64,000 nt of DNA, taken from an uncultured Acidobacteriota bacterium. GTDB lineage: Bacteria > Acidobacteriota > UBA6911 > RPQK01 > JAPXNP01. How positions within the stretch are numbered: the stretch's first letter is position 1; every line of letters starts with the position of its first letter. Location: assembly GCA_963777605.1 (NCBI GenBank), contig CAVZRV010000011.1, positions 64,001 to 128,000 of the forward strand, given 5' to 3'. Shown in pieces: positions 37,173-47,615 of this stretch. A program made the position numbers and the translations under genes. Below the pieces are notes generated by a model that was not told the DNA's origin, made no database searches, and saw only the letters and a program-made list of their open reading frames with translations.

Positions 37173-38230
37173 ATGAGAAGAAGAGATTTTCTCAGAGCAG
37201 CCGGGTCCGCCGCCGGCGTTTGCGCCCTCGGCGAGACATCCATTTTCAGCATGGGTTACACGAACACGGTGCTGCCCGAAACCGCGGTGGCCGGAATGCC
37301 CCGTCGCGTTCTGGGTCGAACGGGGCGGGAGGTTTCGCTGGTCGGCTTTCCCGGGTTAGCTCTCGTGCACGATCAGTATGACCAGGAACGCTGCAATGGG
37401 AGCGTTCGGAGTGCTTTCGAACGCGGCGTGAACTACTTCGACGTCGCGCCCGCCTACGGCAACGGAAAGTGTGAGACCCGTCTCGGAATCGCCCTTCAGT
37501 CGATCGACCGGGACAAGATCTTCCTCGCCTGCAAGACCAAGAAGCGCGACCGGGAGGGTGCCAGACGAGAACTGGAGACATCTCTGAATCTACTGAAAAC
37601 GGACTACTTCGACCTTTACCAGATGCATCATGTCTGCTCTGTCGAGGAGGTCCATCAGGCGCTGGGGCCGGGAGGAGCACTGGAAACCTTTCTGGAAGCC
37701 CGGGAAGAAGGCAAGATCAAACACATAGGATTCTCGGCTCACACGACCAAGGGCGCCCTGGAGATCATGCGCGGATTCCAGTTTGACACGGTGATGTTCC
37801 CAATCAATTTCGTTGAGCTTTATAACCGTGGTTACGGCAAAGAGGTCCTGGATCTGGCCAATCAGCAGGGTGCGGCGGCAATCGCGATCAAGACGATGAG
37901 CTATGGTGGTTGGCCGGGGGAGCCACTCGAACCCGCGACTGGTGGTATCGCTCAGTTGAAACTCCTGCTGACGTGGACCTGGCATGGCGGTTTACTCTCT
38001 CTCGAAAGGGCGTCGTCGCCGGAATTCCGCCTTCATTCCTCGATCTGGTAGACAAGGCGATCCGGGCGGCCTCGTCCTACCGTCCACCAACTGAAACTGA
38101 ACTGGATCAACTCCGGCAGATGGCCCAGGGAAAACCCTCACTGTTTGAGAAGGAAGAAGCCCAGTACGCCTCGAATCGCCCCGGACCGCACTCGGTCCCG
38201 GACGATGAAAGCTACTATTCGTACGTGTGA
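37173..38230 (+). CDS. Tat-signal aldo/keto reductase with an apparent -1 frameshift in the G-run at 37916-37920
   Basis: MRRRDFL; YFDVAPAYG, LKTDYFDLYQMH; adding one G joins the ORF to the 37910-38230 frame (WPGGATRTRDWWY); span 1058 = 1059-1. Confidence 0.85.
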
Positions 38231-38242
38231 CGAGCCGTGTGT

Positions 38243-39808
38243 CTAGCGAATGCGCATGGCGTCGAGCCAGAGCAGGTAGACCCGCTCCCGAGCTGCCGAG
38301 GGGCCGAATCCAAAGGGGATCAGGTCGCGGAGACGGCGTTTTCGATAGTGTGTGACTAACCGGTAGCGCCCCTTCTCCAGGCCGGCGGCCTGGCGAGCAG
38401 CCTCCAGGGCGGCTTCGATGCCGCCCAGTTCGTCGACGAGACCACGCTGTTGAGCCTGGGCACCAGTCCAGACCCGGCCAGCGGCCAGCGGCCGGATGTC
38501 GTCCACAGCCATTCGCCGGTTCTCGGCTACCTTGGCGAGAAAGAGCGACTCATAGAAGTCATTCATCTGCTCCCTCAGGATCTCCTCCTCACGATCGGTG
38601 AAGGGGCGACTCGGTGAACTGTAGCCAGAGTGGCGTCCGGTCTCCACGCCGTCCACCCTGACGCGGAGACGGGCAAACAGGTTTTGGAAGCTGAGCTTGC
38701 CGCCAATGACCCCGATCGACCCGGTCAAGGTTCCCGGATCTGCGAAGATGCGCCGACCTGCAACGGCAATGTAGTAGCCTCCACTGGCGGCAGTGTCGCC
38801 GAGAGACACGATCACCGGCTTCTTCTTGTCGGTAAGCTTGAGTTCTCTCCAGATCAGATCAGAGGCAAGCCCGGAACCACCCGGGCTGTTGACCCGGACC
38901 AGGACCGCCTTGACCCGTTTTGACTTCCGCGCCGACCGGACCAGTTCGATCAAGTCAGCTGAACCGGCCACGTTCATCGGACCCGGCCCGCCACGGGTTT
39001 CACCGTAGGAGATTACCCCGTTCACGACGATCTGGGCGATCCGGGGACGGCGCCACTGAAGCAATCTCCGGATCAGCCCCATCCGCGGAGCCAGTTTTCG
39101 GACGTCCACTTTATCCAGTGAGGGAGATTCCGAACTCAACCGATGCTCGAGTTCATCCTCGTACACGAGTTCATCGACCAGACCTTCGCGGGTTGCGCGC
39201 TGCGCCGAGAAAGGCCCGTCGTCGATCAGGCTCCGCACAAGGCCCGGTTCAAGGCTTCGCTGCTCTGCAAGGCCTTCCACCAGGCGGAGGGTGTAGTCCT
39301 CCAGAATCGAGGTCACCATCTCGCGGTTGGACTCCGACATCCCGGACCGGCTCAGGAACTCTCCGGCGGACTTATAGTCGCCGATGCTGATCACCTGAGG
39401 CAAGACTCCGATTGAATCGAGGAAGTCTCGCAGGTACAGATTCTCCGATCTGATTCCGACCAGTTCGACCGAAGCAGAGGGAGGAATCAGGATCCGGCTG
39501 CCCGCCGACGCCAGGTAGAGCGACCGATTGTCGCCCCCGCTCTCGAGGTAGACCAGGACCTCCTTCCCTGCTTTTCGGAGCGCCTGAAAAGCCGAACGCA
39601 GTTCATCGATCTGGCCCCAGCCCGCCTCAAGGGACCTCACGACGACGAGGACTTTCGAAACCCGCGGGTGTTTCTTTGCAGCACCCAGCGCCGTCAGGAG
39701 GTTCCGCAGCACGAGCTGGCGGCGCCGTCCCAGAATCCACATCCGCGACGGCGCTTCCACGATTTCGCCGTGGAGATCCAACCTGGCAAAAAGCCGCTGC
39801 TTGCTCAT
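38243..39808 (-). CDS. sppA: Signal peptide peptidase A (two S49 domains)
   Basis: GDYKSAGE, RVNSPGGS, AASGGYY, TGSIGV, GRVWTG. Confidence 0.93.
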   Translation of the reverse strand: MSKQRLFARLDLHGEIVEAPSRMWILGRRRQLVLRNLLTALGAAKKHPRVSKVLVVVRSLEAGWGQIDELRSAFQALRKAGKEVLVYLESGGDNRSLYLASAGSRILIPPSASVELVGIRSENLYLRDFLDSIGVLPQVISIGDYKSAGEFLSRSGMSESNREMVTSILEDYTLRLVEGLAEQRSLEPGLVRSLIDDGPFSAQRATREGLVDELVYEDELEHRLSSESPSLDKVDVRKLAPRMGLIRRLLQWRRPRIAQIVVNGVISYGETRGGPGPMNVAGSADLIELVRSARKSKRVKAVLVRVNSPGGSGLASDLIWRELKLTDKKKPVIVSLGDTAASGGYYIAVAGRRIFADPGTLTGSIGVIGGKLSFQNLFARLRVRVDGVETGRHSGYSSPSRPFTDREEEILREQMNDFYESLFLAKVAENRRMAVDDIRPLAAGRVWTGAQAQQRGLVDELGGIEAALEAARQAAGLEKGRYRLVTHYRKRRLRDLIPFGFGPSAARERVYLLWLDAMRIR

Positions 39809-39840
39809 CGAGTCTCCAGCCCCCCCCTCCCGGCACGAAC

Positions 39841-40839
39841 TCAGCCGGCGGATTCCATGGCCTCGTCAATCGCCTGCAACTCGTCTTCGCTGAAGTGGAT
39901 GGTGTCCTGCGTCGCGACCAGTTCTTCGATCTGGCTGACTCGACTGGCTCCGATCAGGGCGGAGGTTACGACGGGCTTGCGCAAGACCCAGGCAATGGCC
40001 AACTGGGCGAGAGACTGACCCCGCCCCTTTGCGATCTCGTTCAGGCGGCTCACCTTCGCCATCTTCTCGTCGGTTACATGTTCTGGCCTGAGGTAGCCCC
40101 AGGATTTCCCGGCCCTGGAATCTTTGGGAATCCCTTTCAGGTACTTGTCGGTCAGGAGGCCCTGCTCAAGGGGAGAGAAGACGATGCAGCCGACACCTTC
40201 CTCCTCCAAAACGCCGGTCAAACCGTCCTCAATCCAGCGGTCGAACATGCTGTAGCGGGGCTGATGTATCAGACAGGGAGTACCAAGGTCGCGCAGAATA
40301 CGGCAGGCTTCCCGGGTCCTCTCGGCGTCGTACTGCGAAATTCCGACGTAGAGCGCCCGTCCGCTGCGCACCGCGAAATCGAGCGCTCCCATAGTCTCTT
40401 CGAGCGGCGTCTCGGGGTCGGGCCGGTGATGGTAAAAAACGTCCACGTAATCGACACCCATCCGTTTGAGGCTTTGATCCAGGCTGGCGATCAGGTACTT
40501 TCGGGAACCGAAGTCGCCGTATGGACCCGGCCACATGTCCCAACCGGCTTTCGTCGAGAGCACCAGTTCATCCCGGTAGGGGACGAAATCCTTCCTGAAA
40601 ATCTGTCCGAAACTCTCTTCCGCAGATCCGTAAGGCGGCCCGTAATTGTTGGCCAGGTCGAAGTGGGTGATCCCCAGGTCGAAGGCCCGCCGAAGCATGG
40701 CCCGGCCATTTTCAAGCGGGTCAACTCCGCCCCAGTTGTGCCAGAGGCCCAGAGAAATAACCGGCAGCTTCAGCCCGCTGCGTCCGCAGCGAGGGTAGTG
40801 CATGTTGTCATATCGATCTTCGGACGGAAGATAGCTCAT
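39841..40839 (-). CDS. mgrA: L-glyceraldehyde 3-phosphate reductase (AKR14; MgrA/YghZ)
   Basis: SLGLWHN, THFDLANNYGPPYGSAE, MWPGPYG, LIHQPRYSM. Confidence 0.95.
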   Translation of the reverse strand: MSYLPSEDRYDNMHYPRCGRSGLKLPVISLGLWHNWGGVDPLENGRAMLRRAFDLGITHFDLANNYGPPYGSAEESFGQIFRKDFVPYRDELVLSTKAGWDMWPGPYGDFGSRKYLIASLDQSLKRMGVDYVDVFYHHRPDPETPLEETMGALDFAVRSGRALYVGISQYDAERTREACRILRDLGTPCLIHQPRYSMFDRWIEDGLTGVLEEEGVGCIVFSPLEQGLLTDKYLKGIPKDSRAGKSWGYLRPEHVTDEKMAKVSRLNEIAKGRGQSLAQLAIAWVLRKPVVTSALIGASRVSQIEELVATQDTIHFSEDELQAIDEAMESAG

Positions 40840-41034
40840 TGCGTTCGTCTCCTTTATCGCATTGTGGTTTCACATGATATCCAAGCTGAATAGTAGAAAG
40901 TCCCGAGGTTCGTGGCAAGGTGGGCGGAAGATCCCGCCACGGATTGGCGCTGGCGTGCCGAGTCTGAAATTGGCATACACCTGCGCATTTCTGACTCGGG
41001 ACGCTAGAATAGGAGCGACGGAGGCGCGGCGAGA

Positions 41035-42099
41035 GTGTCGGGAGGGATTGAGCAGCGAGGAGAAGGCGGGCAGGGGCGGATTTTGATCGCACGGATCGGG
41101 GCGCTCGGTGACACCCTGATGGCGACACCGGTGATACGTGCGATTCGACAAACGAACTCGAACGCCCGGATCGACTTTCTCGCCTCTGCTTCGGCAGCCC
41201 CCCTGCTCGAGTTTCACCCCGACCTGGATCGCGTCCTCTCTTTGCAACAACGAAATTTCCCTTATTGGCTCTCTCCCGAGAAGTGGCGACTGGTAGCAGA
41301 ACTAAGGAAGGCCGGCTACCAATGCGGCGTGGTCCTCGAGAGTGCCCCCCGCTACCTGGAGCTCCTGAACCACGCCGGGTTGAAGCAGATCGTGGGATTT
41401 CACACGACCCCGTCCGATCCGAAGATCCACAGCGCCGCCAACAACCTCAGGGCGGCAGGATTTGAGGACTGGAAAGAGAGGCGGCTGGACGCCGAACTCT
41501 ACTTCCCCCCAAGGAGTGCAAGCCGTGCGCAGGAACTGCTCGATGGTCTCCCCCATCCTATCGTAGCGATCCACCCCGGCTACGGCCCCGCCCAGAAGAA
41601 GGCGGACCAGGCCGAGCGGCTGAAAGGCTGGCCGACGGCCGCCTTCCAGGAACTGGTAAAGCTCCTTCTCGGATCGGGAGCCGGCGTCATCGTGACCGGC
41701 TCTCCGGAAGATCGTGCGGAAGCCGAGCGGATCGCGGCACCAAGCATCGATGATTCACGTCTGCGAGTGGCCGCCGGGACGACATCTGTCCTGGAGCTTG
41801 CCGCCTTGATCGCCGAAGTCGACCTGTTCATTTCGGTCGACTCGGGACCAGCCCACATGGCGGCTGCCGTCGGGACTCCACTCGTGGTCCTCTGGGGTCC
41901 GGCCAAACTTCACCAGGTTCAGCCGATCTCGAACCGGAGCCCGGTCATCGTCTTGTCCAGCGGCGTTCCCTGCGCGCCCTGCTACGACACCCCTGCAATG
42001 AAGGCTTGCCGGGACAACATCTGCATGAAGCGGATCGAACCTGCTCAAGTCTTCACCGCAGCACGGCGAATTCTGTCGAACCCTGGAGGAACTCTGTGA
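41035..42099 (+). CDS. GT9 glycosyltransferase (LPS heptosyltransferase-like)
   Basis: GALGDTLM, HPG..KGWP, DSGPAHMAAAVGTP, CAPC...C...CM. Confidence 0.92.
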   Translation: MSGGIEQRGEGGQGRILIARIGALGDTLMATPVIRAIRQTNSNARIDFLASASAAPLLEFHPDLDRVLSLQQRNFPYWLSPEKWRLVAELRKAGYQCGVVLESAPRYLELLNHAGLKQIVGFHTTPSDPKIHSAANNLRAAGFEDWKERRLDAELYFPPRSASRAQELLDGLPHPIVAIHPGYGPAQKKADQAERLKGWPTAAFQELVKLLLGSGAGVIVTGSPEDRAEAERIAAPSIDDSRLRVAAGTTSVLELAALIAEVDLFISVDSGPAHMAAAVGTPLVVLWGPAKLHQVQPISNRSPVIVLSSGVPCAPCYDTPAMKACRDNICMKRIEPAQVFTAARRILSNPGGTL

Positions 42100-43832
42100 G
42101 ACGAAAAAGTGTCCAGTGCGCGAATCTTCTACTGGCTCTCCTCTTGTCCCCGCTGATCACGCTTTCCGGCGATGCCGCGAGCGGCTCCAACTGGGAGCAG
42201 AGAAAGGTTTCGGTACTCGACTACGGTGCGGTTCCGGGCGACGGGAAGAACGATCTGCCGGCACTGCGCGTGATGCTCGACGAATTGCGTGATACCGGGA
42301 ACGTCACGATCGTATTCCCCCGGGGGAGGTACGACCTGCGCGACGCGGAAGCGGTTGCGCTTATGAACTCGGTGATGGAGGGAGAGTTCGGGAACAACCC
42401 GGAGGCGGAAATGTTCCGGCCCTATCGCCCCTACGTTCGAGGACTCGACTTCAGCCGCTTCACCGACCTCAGGGTGGAAGCGGAAGGAGCCGAACTGATC
42501 TGTGACGGATGGATGGAACCGATCTCCCTCGACAACTGCCGCAACGTTACGGTGGATGGCCTGACCATCGACTACAAGCGCGCGCCTTACAGCATCGGGA
42601 CCGTAGTGAAGGTGGGCGACGGCTACTTTGACGTCAAGTTCGGCCCCCTCTATCCGGTCAACCGGGGCATTCCGACGCCCCGCGTCGGCTTCTGGGACCT
42701 CCGAGCTGACAAAATGGTCGGACGCTTCGCCTATCCGAAGACGTCCGATCTGATCGCGCCCCAAACGCTGCGCATCAATGCCTCTTGCCCAAAGGAAATG
42801 CTCGGCAATTACGCATTCATGGGGCACAGCTTCCATTTCCGCCCCGCCATCCTGATCCAGGAAGCCCAAAACATCGTGCTCAACCACGTCACCATTCACT
42901 CACAGCCCGGGATGGGGATCGTCGGGCACCGCTCCGAGAACCTCCGATTCAACAACTTGAGAGTAGTGCCCCGGGCCGGCTCGGTCATGTCTACCAACAC
43001 CGACGCCACCCATTTCACCTCCTGCTCCGGCTTCATTGAATTCGAGAATTGCCAGTTCGAAGGGCAGGGGGACGACTCGACCAATATTCACAACTACTAT
43101 TACTCGATCGAGCCGACCGCAACAGCCGCTAGCTACCTGCTCAAGGTCGGGGCATCGGGCGGCACCCACGCCCAGGTATTGGACCATCCAGATCCAGGGG
43201 ACCGCCTCGAGTTGGTCGATCGGGGAAGTCTCCGGGTCGTCAAGGTGGTAGAAGTCCGGTCCGTCGAGAACAACCCAGAGAAGTGGTGGAGCCGGGTGGC
43301 CCTGGACCAGGCACTCCCGGACGACCTCGGTGAATACCTTCTCATCAACGCGACTCGCCTGCCCCGGGTGACGATTCGCGGATGCCAGGTTCGCAGCCAC
43401 CGCGCCCGTGCGTTTCTGATCAAGACCCGCCACGTCCTGATCGAGAGCAACACGATCGAAAATACGACCGGAACCGGAATTCACATCGGGGCCGAAGGGG
43501 ACTGGAGCGAGGGCCCGGGATCGACCGACGTGACGATTCGCTACAACCGGATCATCCATTGCGGCTACGGAGAGGGCACCCAGAACGGCGCCGCAGCTAT
43601 TGCCGTCAACGTCAAAGCGTCCGGCCTCATCCGGCCCGGCGTCCACCAGAACTTGCGGATCGAGGGGAACCAGATCATTGGCGAGCAGTCCCCGTGCGGA
43701 ATCTACGTCATGGGCGCAAGCGACGTAGTGATCCGCGACAACGAGTACTTTGGAGTGAAGGAACCAGTCCAGGTCACGGAATCCGAAAATGTCCGAATCG
43801 AGGACCGGGAAGCACCGTCTACAACTCCCTGA
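42096..43832 (+). CDS. Secreted beta-helix glycosidase, GH110-like
   Basis: GTGA overlap start; DYGAVPGDG, IVFPRGRY, STNTDATHF, GQGDDSTNIH. Confidence 0.8.
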   Translation: MRRKSVQCANLLLALLLSPLITLSGDAASGSNWEQRKVSVLDYGAVPGDGKNDLPALRVMLDELRDTGNVTIVFPRGRYDLRDAEAVALMNSVMEGEFGNNPEAEMFRPYRPYVRGLDFSRFTDLRVEAEGAELICDGWMEPISLDNCRNVTVDGLTIDYKRAPYSIGTVVKVGDGYFDVKFGPLYPVNRGIPTPRVGFWDLRADKMVGRFAYPKTSDLIAPQTLRINASCPKEMLGNYAFMGHSFHFRPAILIQEAQNIVLNHVTIHSQPGMGIVGHRSENLRFNNLRVVPRAGSVMSTNTDATHFTSCSGFIEFENCQFEGQGDDSTNIHNYYYSIEPTATAASYLLKVGASGGTHAQVLDHPDPGDRLELVDRGSLRVVKVVEVRSVENNPEKWWSRVALDQALPDDLGEYLLINATRLPRVTIRGCQVRSHRARAFLIKTRHVLIESNTIENTTGTGIHIGAEGDWSEGPGSTDVTIRYNRIIHCGYGEGTQNGAAAIAVNVKASGLIRPGVHQNLRIEGNQIIGEQSPCGIYVMGASDVVIRDNEYFGVKEPVQVTESENVRIEDREAPSTTP

Positions 43833-44514
43833 GGCGATAACCTACACCGCGGACGGTTTGAATCAGCTCCCGTTCAGGGCCGAGCTTCCGGCGGAGAGCT
43901 CGGATGTGGACGTCCACGTTTCGTTCCGTGATGTGGACGTTGCCCTCGGTGATCGAGGAGAGCAACTGCTGGCGGGTCAAAACACGACCCGCATTCCCGG
44001 CCAGCGCCCGAAGCAGGCGGTACTCGGCAAGAGTCAGGTTGAGCAGATCCCCGCCCAGCCGAGCCTCATGCAGCTCCGGATTGAGCGAAACCGGTCCGAC
44101 TTCGATCGACTCCTGCGCCGGATCGCGGGGCGACACCAGGTCACTCCGCCTCAGGACCGCGCGGACTCGGGCAACCAGCTCCCGGACTTTAAAGGGTTTG
44201 GTCAGGTAGTCATCCGCTCCCAATTCCAGGCCCAGCACGATGTCGCTCTCTTCCCCGCGGGCCGTCAGGATGACGATCGGGATGAGAGCGGTTTCCGAAC
44301 GTTGCTTCAATCTCCGGCAGACGTCCAGCCCCTGAATCCCCGGGAGACCCAGGTCGAGGAGAATCAGCGAGGGAAACTCCGTTCGCACGAGGTCCAGCCC
44401 GACCTCGCCGGACTGCGCGGTGAGGATTCGAAAGCCCTCACGTTCGAGATTGTAACGAAGGAGTTCGATGATGTCGTTGTCGTCTTCGATGACAAGCAGC
44501 GAGCGCTGGTTCAT
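43819..44514 (-). CDS. phoB: OmpR/PhoB-family response regulator
   Basis: IEDD, LLD, LTARGEESD, GADDYLTKPF, IQTVRGVGY; coupled to the PhoR-like kinase. Confidence 0.8.
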   Translation of the reverse strand: MNQRSLLVIEDDNDIIELLRYNLEREGFRILTAQSGEVGLDLVRTEFPSLILLDLGLPGIQGLDVCRRLKQRSETALIPIVILTARGEESDIVLGLELGADDYLTKPFKVRELVARVRAVLRRSDLVSPRDPAQESIEVGPVSLNPELHEARLGGDLLNLTLAEYRLLRALAGNAGRVLTRQQLLSSITEGNVHITERNVDVHIRALRRKLGPERELIQTVRGVGYRLREL

Positions 44515-46274
44515 TGATCCCCGTTCCCTCCAGGACCGCCCAGATCGCCTCCCATTGCGGGAACGGTAAAGAAGATCGTGGTCCCTTGACCAATGTTGCT
44601 CTCCGCCCAGACCCGGCCATTATGCAGTTTCACGATGTGCTTAACGATGGCCAGTCCGATTCCGGTCCCCCCAGTTCTCCGGGATCGGTCCTTGTCAACT
44701 CGATAGAAACGTTCGAAGATCCGTCCGAGGTGCTCCGGAGCGATTCCGATTCCCGTGTCGCGAACCGAGAACACGAACTCGTCTCCCTTCCTGGCCATGG
44801 AAATCGTGATCAAACCGTCCTCAGTGTACTTGACCGCATTTTCGATGAGGTTCCGAAACACCCGGCGGATGTAGCCCTCAGCGGCCTGGAAAAGATCTGA
44901 CCTGGTCTTGCGCTCAACCCGGAGTTCCAGTTCCTTGTCTTCGAACTGGTCTTGGAACTCCCCGGCAACATCCTGAACCAGAGAATCGAAGTGGACTTCC
45001 CGGAGCCGCAACCGTCTTTCGGCCTGTTCCAGCCGGGACAGACTGAAGAGTTCCTCGATCATCTCGCTCAACTGGCGGGCATTCCGATAAATCTTCTCGG
45101 CAAACCCGCGAAAAACTGCCGGCAGGGTCTGTTCCTCGAGGAGGGTTTCGGCGTACCCCTGGATGGAAGTCAACGGCGTCTTCAGTTCGTGGGAGACGTT
45201 GGAAATGAAATCCTTATGGACTCCCTCGAGCCGGCGCAGTTCAGTGATGTCATGAAAGACGACCACGACGCCACGGGTCTCTCCATCCGAGCGAATGGTT
45301 GCGAATCGGGCCAGAAAGGCACGGTCATAGGCATGAATCTCCATTTCCCGGCGCCCTGACTCCCGACGAACCGCTTCGATCCCGTGGCTGACCGCAGTGT
45401 TCCCGGTCAGATCGAGGGGGAGCATCCCGGCCGAATTCTGCGTGACGTTGAACATCTGGTTGAATGCTGGATTGGTTCCCTCGACCCGACCCGCCCGGTC
45501 GATCACCAGGACTCCTTCCGACATGCTGTTGAGAACAGTGGTGAGGTGGTTCCGCTCTGATTCGAGCAGAGTCAACTGGTGGTCGAGCCGATGTGACAGG
45601 CTCTCCATCTGGCGCGCCAGTTCACCGACTTCATCCTCCCCGGCCACCGGGATCTCCCGAATGAAATGACCACCCCCGATCTGAATGGCCGCATCTGACA
45701 GGAGTCCGATAGAGCGGGTAAGGCGGCGCGACAAGAACCAACCCAACACCCCGCCACTGAGGATCAACAGCACTGTTGTGACAGCAAGGGCTCTGCGCAG
45801 CCGGATCGACCACGCTTCGATGTCATGCTGCTTCTGAGAAAGCCGGAGAATCCCTTTCCCTTCGGGGAGCGGGCGGGCGACGTAGAAGAGGTCGGCCTGT
45901 ACCGATGTGCTGTGCCGAATGCTGCTTCCCCGCCCGGTTGCCCAGGCCTCCAGCACTTCAGGCCGCCCGGAGTGATTCTCCATCCCGGCCAGCCCGGCCC
46001 CCGAAAAAGAGGAATCTGCGATAACCCGCCCGTTGGGAGCAATTACGGTAACCCGGAAGTGGCCCCGCTGCGAGAGTGCATCGACGTCCGCATCCAGGTT
46101 CGGATCATCGGAGTTGATCATCGGAGCCAGGATCTCGAGCGTCCGCTCGAGATCGGCAATCATCATCTCCTGAACGAACTTCCGGACACTATGGTTGGCC
46201 CAGAAGTAAAACGACCCGATCGAGACGATCACCAGCGACAGAAAGGAGACCAGTACTTTTAGCCTGAATGACAC
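44511..46274 (-). CDS. phoR: PhoR-like sensor histidine kinase (HAMP-PAS-HisKA-HATPase)
   Basis: Two TM segments; MENHSGRPE; NVSHELKTPL; IFERFYRVDKDRSR; GGTGIGLAIVKH. Confidence 0.88.
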   Translation of the reverse strand: MSFRLKVLVSFLSLVIVSIGSFYFWANHSVRKFVQEMMIADLERTLEILAPMINSDDPNLDADVDALSQRGHFRVTVIAPNGRVIADSSFSGAGLAGMENHSGRPEVLEAWATGRGSSIRHSTSVQADLFYVARPLPEGKGILRLSQKQHDIEAWSIRLRRALAVTTVLLILSGGVLGWFLSRRLTRSIGLLSDAAIQIGGGHFIREIPVAGEDEVGELARQMESLSHRLDHQLTLLESERNHLTTVLNSMSEGVLVIDRAGRVEGTNPAFNQMFNVTQNSAGMLPLDLTGNTAVSHGIEAVRRESGRREMEIHAYDRAFLARFATIRSDGETRGVVVVFHDITELRRLEGVHKDFISNVSHELKTPLTSIQGYAETLLEEQTLPAVFRGFAEKIYRNARQLSEMIEELFSLSRLEQAERRLRLREVHFDSLVQDVAGEFQDQFEDKELELRVERKTRSDLFQAAEGYIRRVFRNLIENAVKYTEDGLITISMARKGDEFVFSVRDTGIGIAPEHLGRIFERFYRVDKDRSRRTGGTGIGLAIVKHIVKLHNGRVWAESNIGQGTTIFFTVPAMGGDLGGPGGNGDQ

Positions 46275-46397
46275 GGTTACACCTTCGAACAGGGATCGGG
46301 CGCCGTGCCCAAAACCGGGCACCGCCGGCCGGCGTACGCGCCGGTGTGTCCACAATCATGCCTTCTCAGGAGAATTGTCCAATTTGTGGGCTGAAGG

Positions 46398-47120
46398 TCA
46401 AGTCATTGAGTCAGGCTGGGCCCGGTATCTAACGGGCGTGATGGTCGGCTCCAGCTTGTAACCGATTCCCCGGATGGTCTCAATGCAGTTCGCCTCGTTT
46501 CCCAGCTTGTCCCGGAGCCTCTGGACGTGGGTGTCTACCGTTCGTGTTGTTCCCCCGTAGCGATATCCCCACACCTGCTCCAACAGCCGGTCCCGCGACA
46601 GAACCCGCCCCCTGTGTCTGATCAGGTAGGCAAGCAGGTTGAACTCGGTTGTGGTCAGCCGGATGGGCTGGCCTTTCACCCGGACCTCGTACCGGTCGCA
46701 ATCCACCGTAATCCCATTGCACTTGAGAATCGGACTCGCGTCGTCAGGACCGGTCCGCTCCAGAACCCGCTGAACCCGAAGGACGAGTTCCCGAATGCTA
46801 AACGGCTTGGTGACGTAGTCGTCGGCTCCCAGTTCCAACCCCAGAACGCGATCTACCTCTTCGCTTTTGGCAGTCAACATGATTACCGGCAGGCCCTTCA
46901 GTTCAGCTTCGGATCGCACCTGCTTGAGGATATCGAAACCACTGATACCGGGAAGCATGATGTCCAGGATCATGAGATCAGGCGAGAATCTCCGGGCGCG
47001 CTCAAGGACGCGTGCACCTTCCGCTTCCGTAAAGCACTCGTAACCCGCCTTCTGCAGGTTGAAGCTCACGAGTTCAAGAATATCCGGATCGTCGTCGACA
47101 ACAAAAATCTTCTGCATCAT
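46398..47120 (-). CDS. Second OmpR/PhoB-family response regulator
   Basis: VVDDD, ILDIMLP, LTAKSEEVDRVLG, TRTVDTHVQRLRDKLG. Confidence 0.9.
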   Translation of the reverse strand: MMQKIFVVDDDPDILELVSFNLQKAGYECFTEAEGARVLERARRFSPDLMILDIMLPGISGFDILKQVRSEAELKGLPVIMLTAKSEEVDRVLGLELGADDYVTKPFSIRELVLRVQRVLERTGPDDASPILKCNGITVDCDRYEVRVKGQPIRLTTTEFNLLAYLIRHRGRVLSRDRLLEQVWGYRYGGTTRTVDTHVQRLRDKLGNEANCIETIRGIGYKLEPTITPVRYRAQPDSMT

Positions 47121-47255
47121 CAAGCACCGCCCGCGTCGAGGGCGGCCCTCAGCAACCCTGGGGATTTTGCGGAGAGCCAACTCCCCAAGCCCAAAGGCTA
47201 GCAAACCAATGTGCCAAGTCTGTTACAGACAGATGAATTCACCGGGAAGAATCGG

Positions 47256-47585
47256 TTAAGATTCCGAATCCTCCGCAGTGACTCCACGAGGACGATCATC
47301 CGCTTCGCCTCTTGCCTTGGGCAAACCAATCGCTCGCAGCGATGCCTCCAAAACCCTGATGTAAGCTTCCCCTGCTGAAACGATTCGCCGCAGGCGATCG
47401 TTCTCGCCGGACAGATCCTCATTCTTCTCGGCCAGCAGTTTCTGGCTTTTGAGTTTCTCCTGCAGCCCACCCGCAAACACCAGCATTCGCTCATAGCGGT
47501 TGAGGAGTTCTTCGTAGAGTTCCCCATCCACCATCTCGGCAGGAACGGGAAGTCTTGGCGTGTTCTCCTCGTCTCGAGAACTCAT
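47256..47585 (-). CDS. Small coiled-coil hypothetical protein
   Basis: Heptad-like LAEKNEDLSGENDRLRR; fits operon spacing. Confidence 0.65.
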   Translation of the reverse strand: MSSRDEENTPRLPVPAEMVDGELYEELLNRYERMLVFAGGLQEKLKSQKLLAEKNEDLSGENDRLRRIVSAGEAYIRVLEASLRAIGLPKARGEADDRPRGVTAEDSES

Positions 47586-47615
47586 TTCATTCCCCTCTTG
47601 GGTTGCTGTCGCGGG

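Noticed and set aside
47199-47217. Sigma54 promoter upstream of the PhoB-like gene (TGGCAC-N6-TTGC, minus strand)
   Set aside because: Spacing is one base too long; it would be valid only if this is another insertion error.
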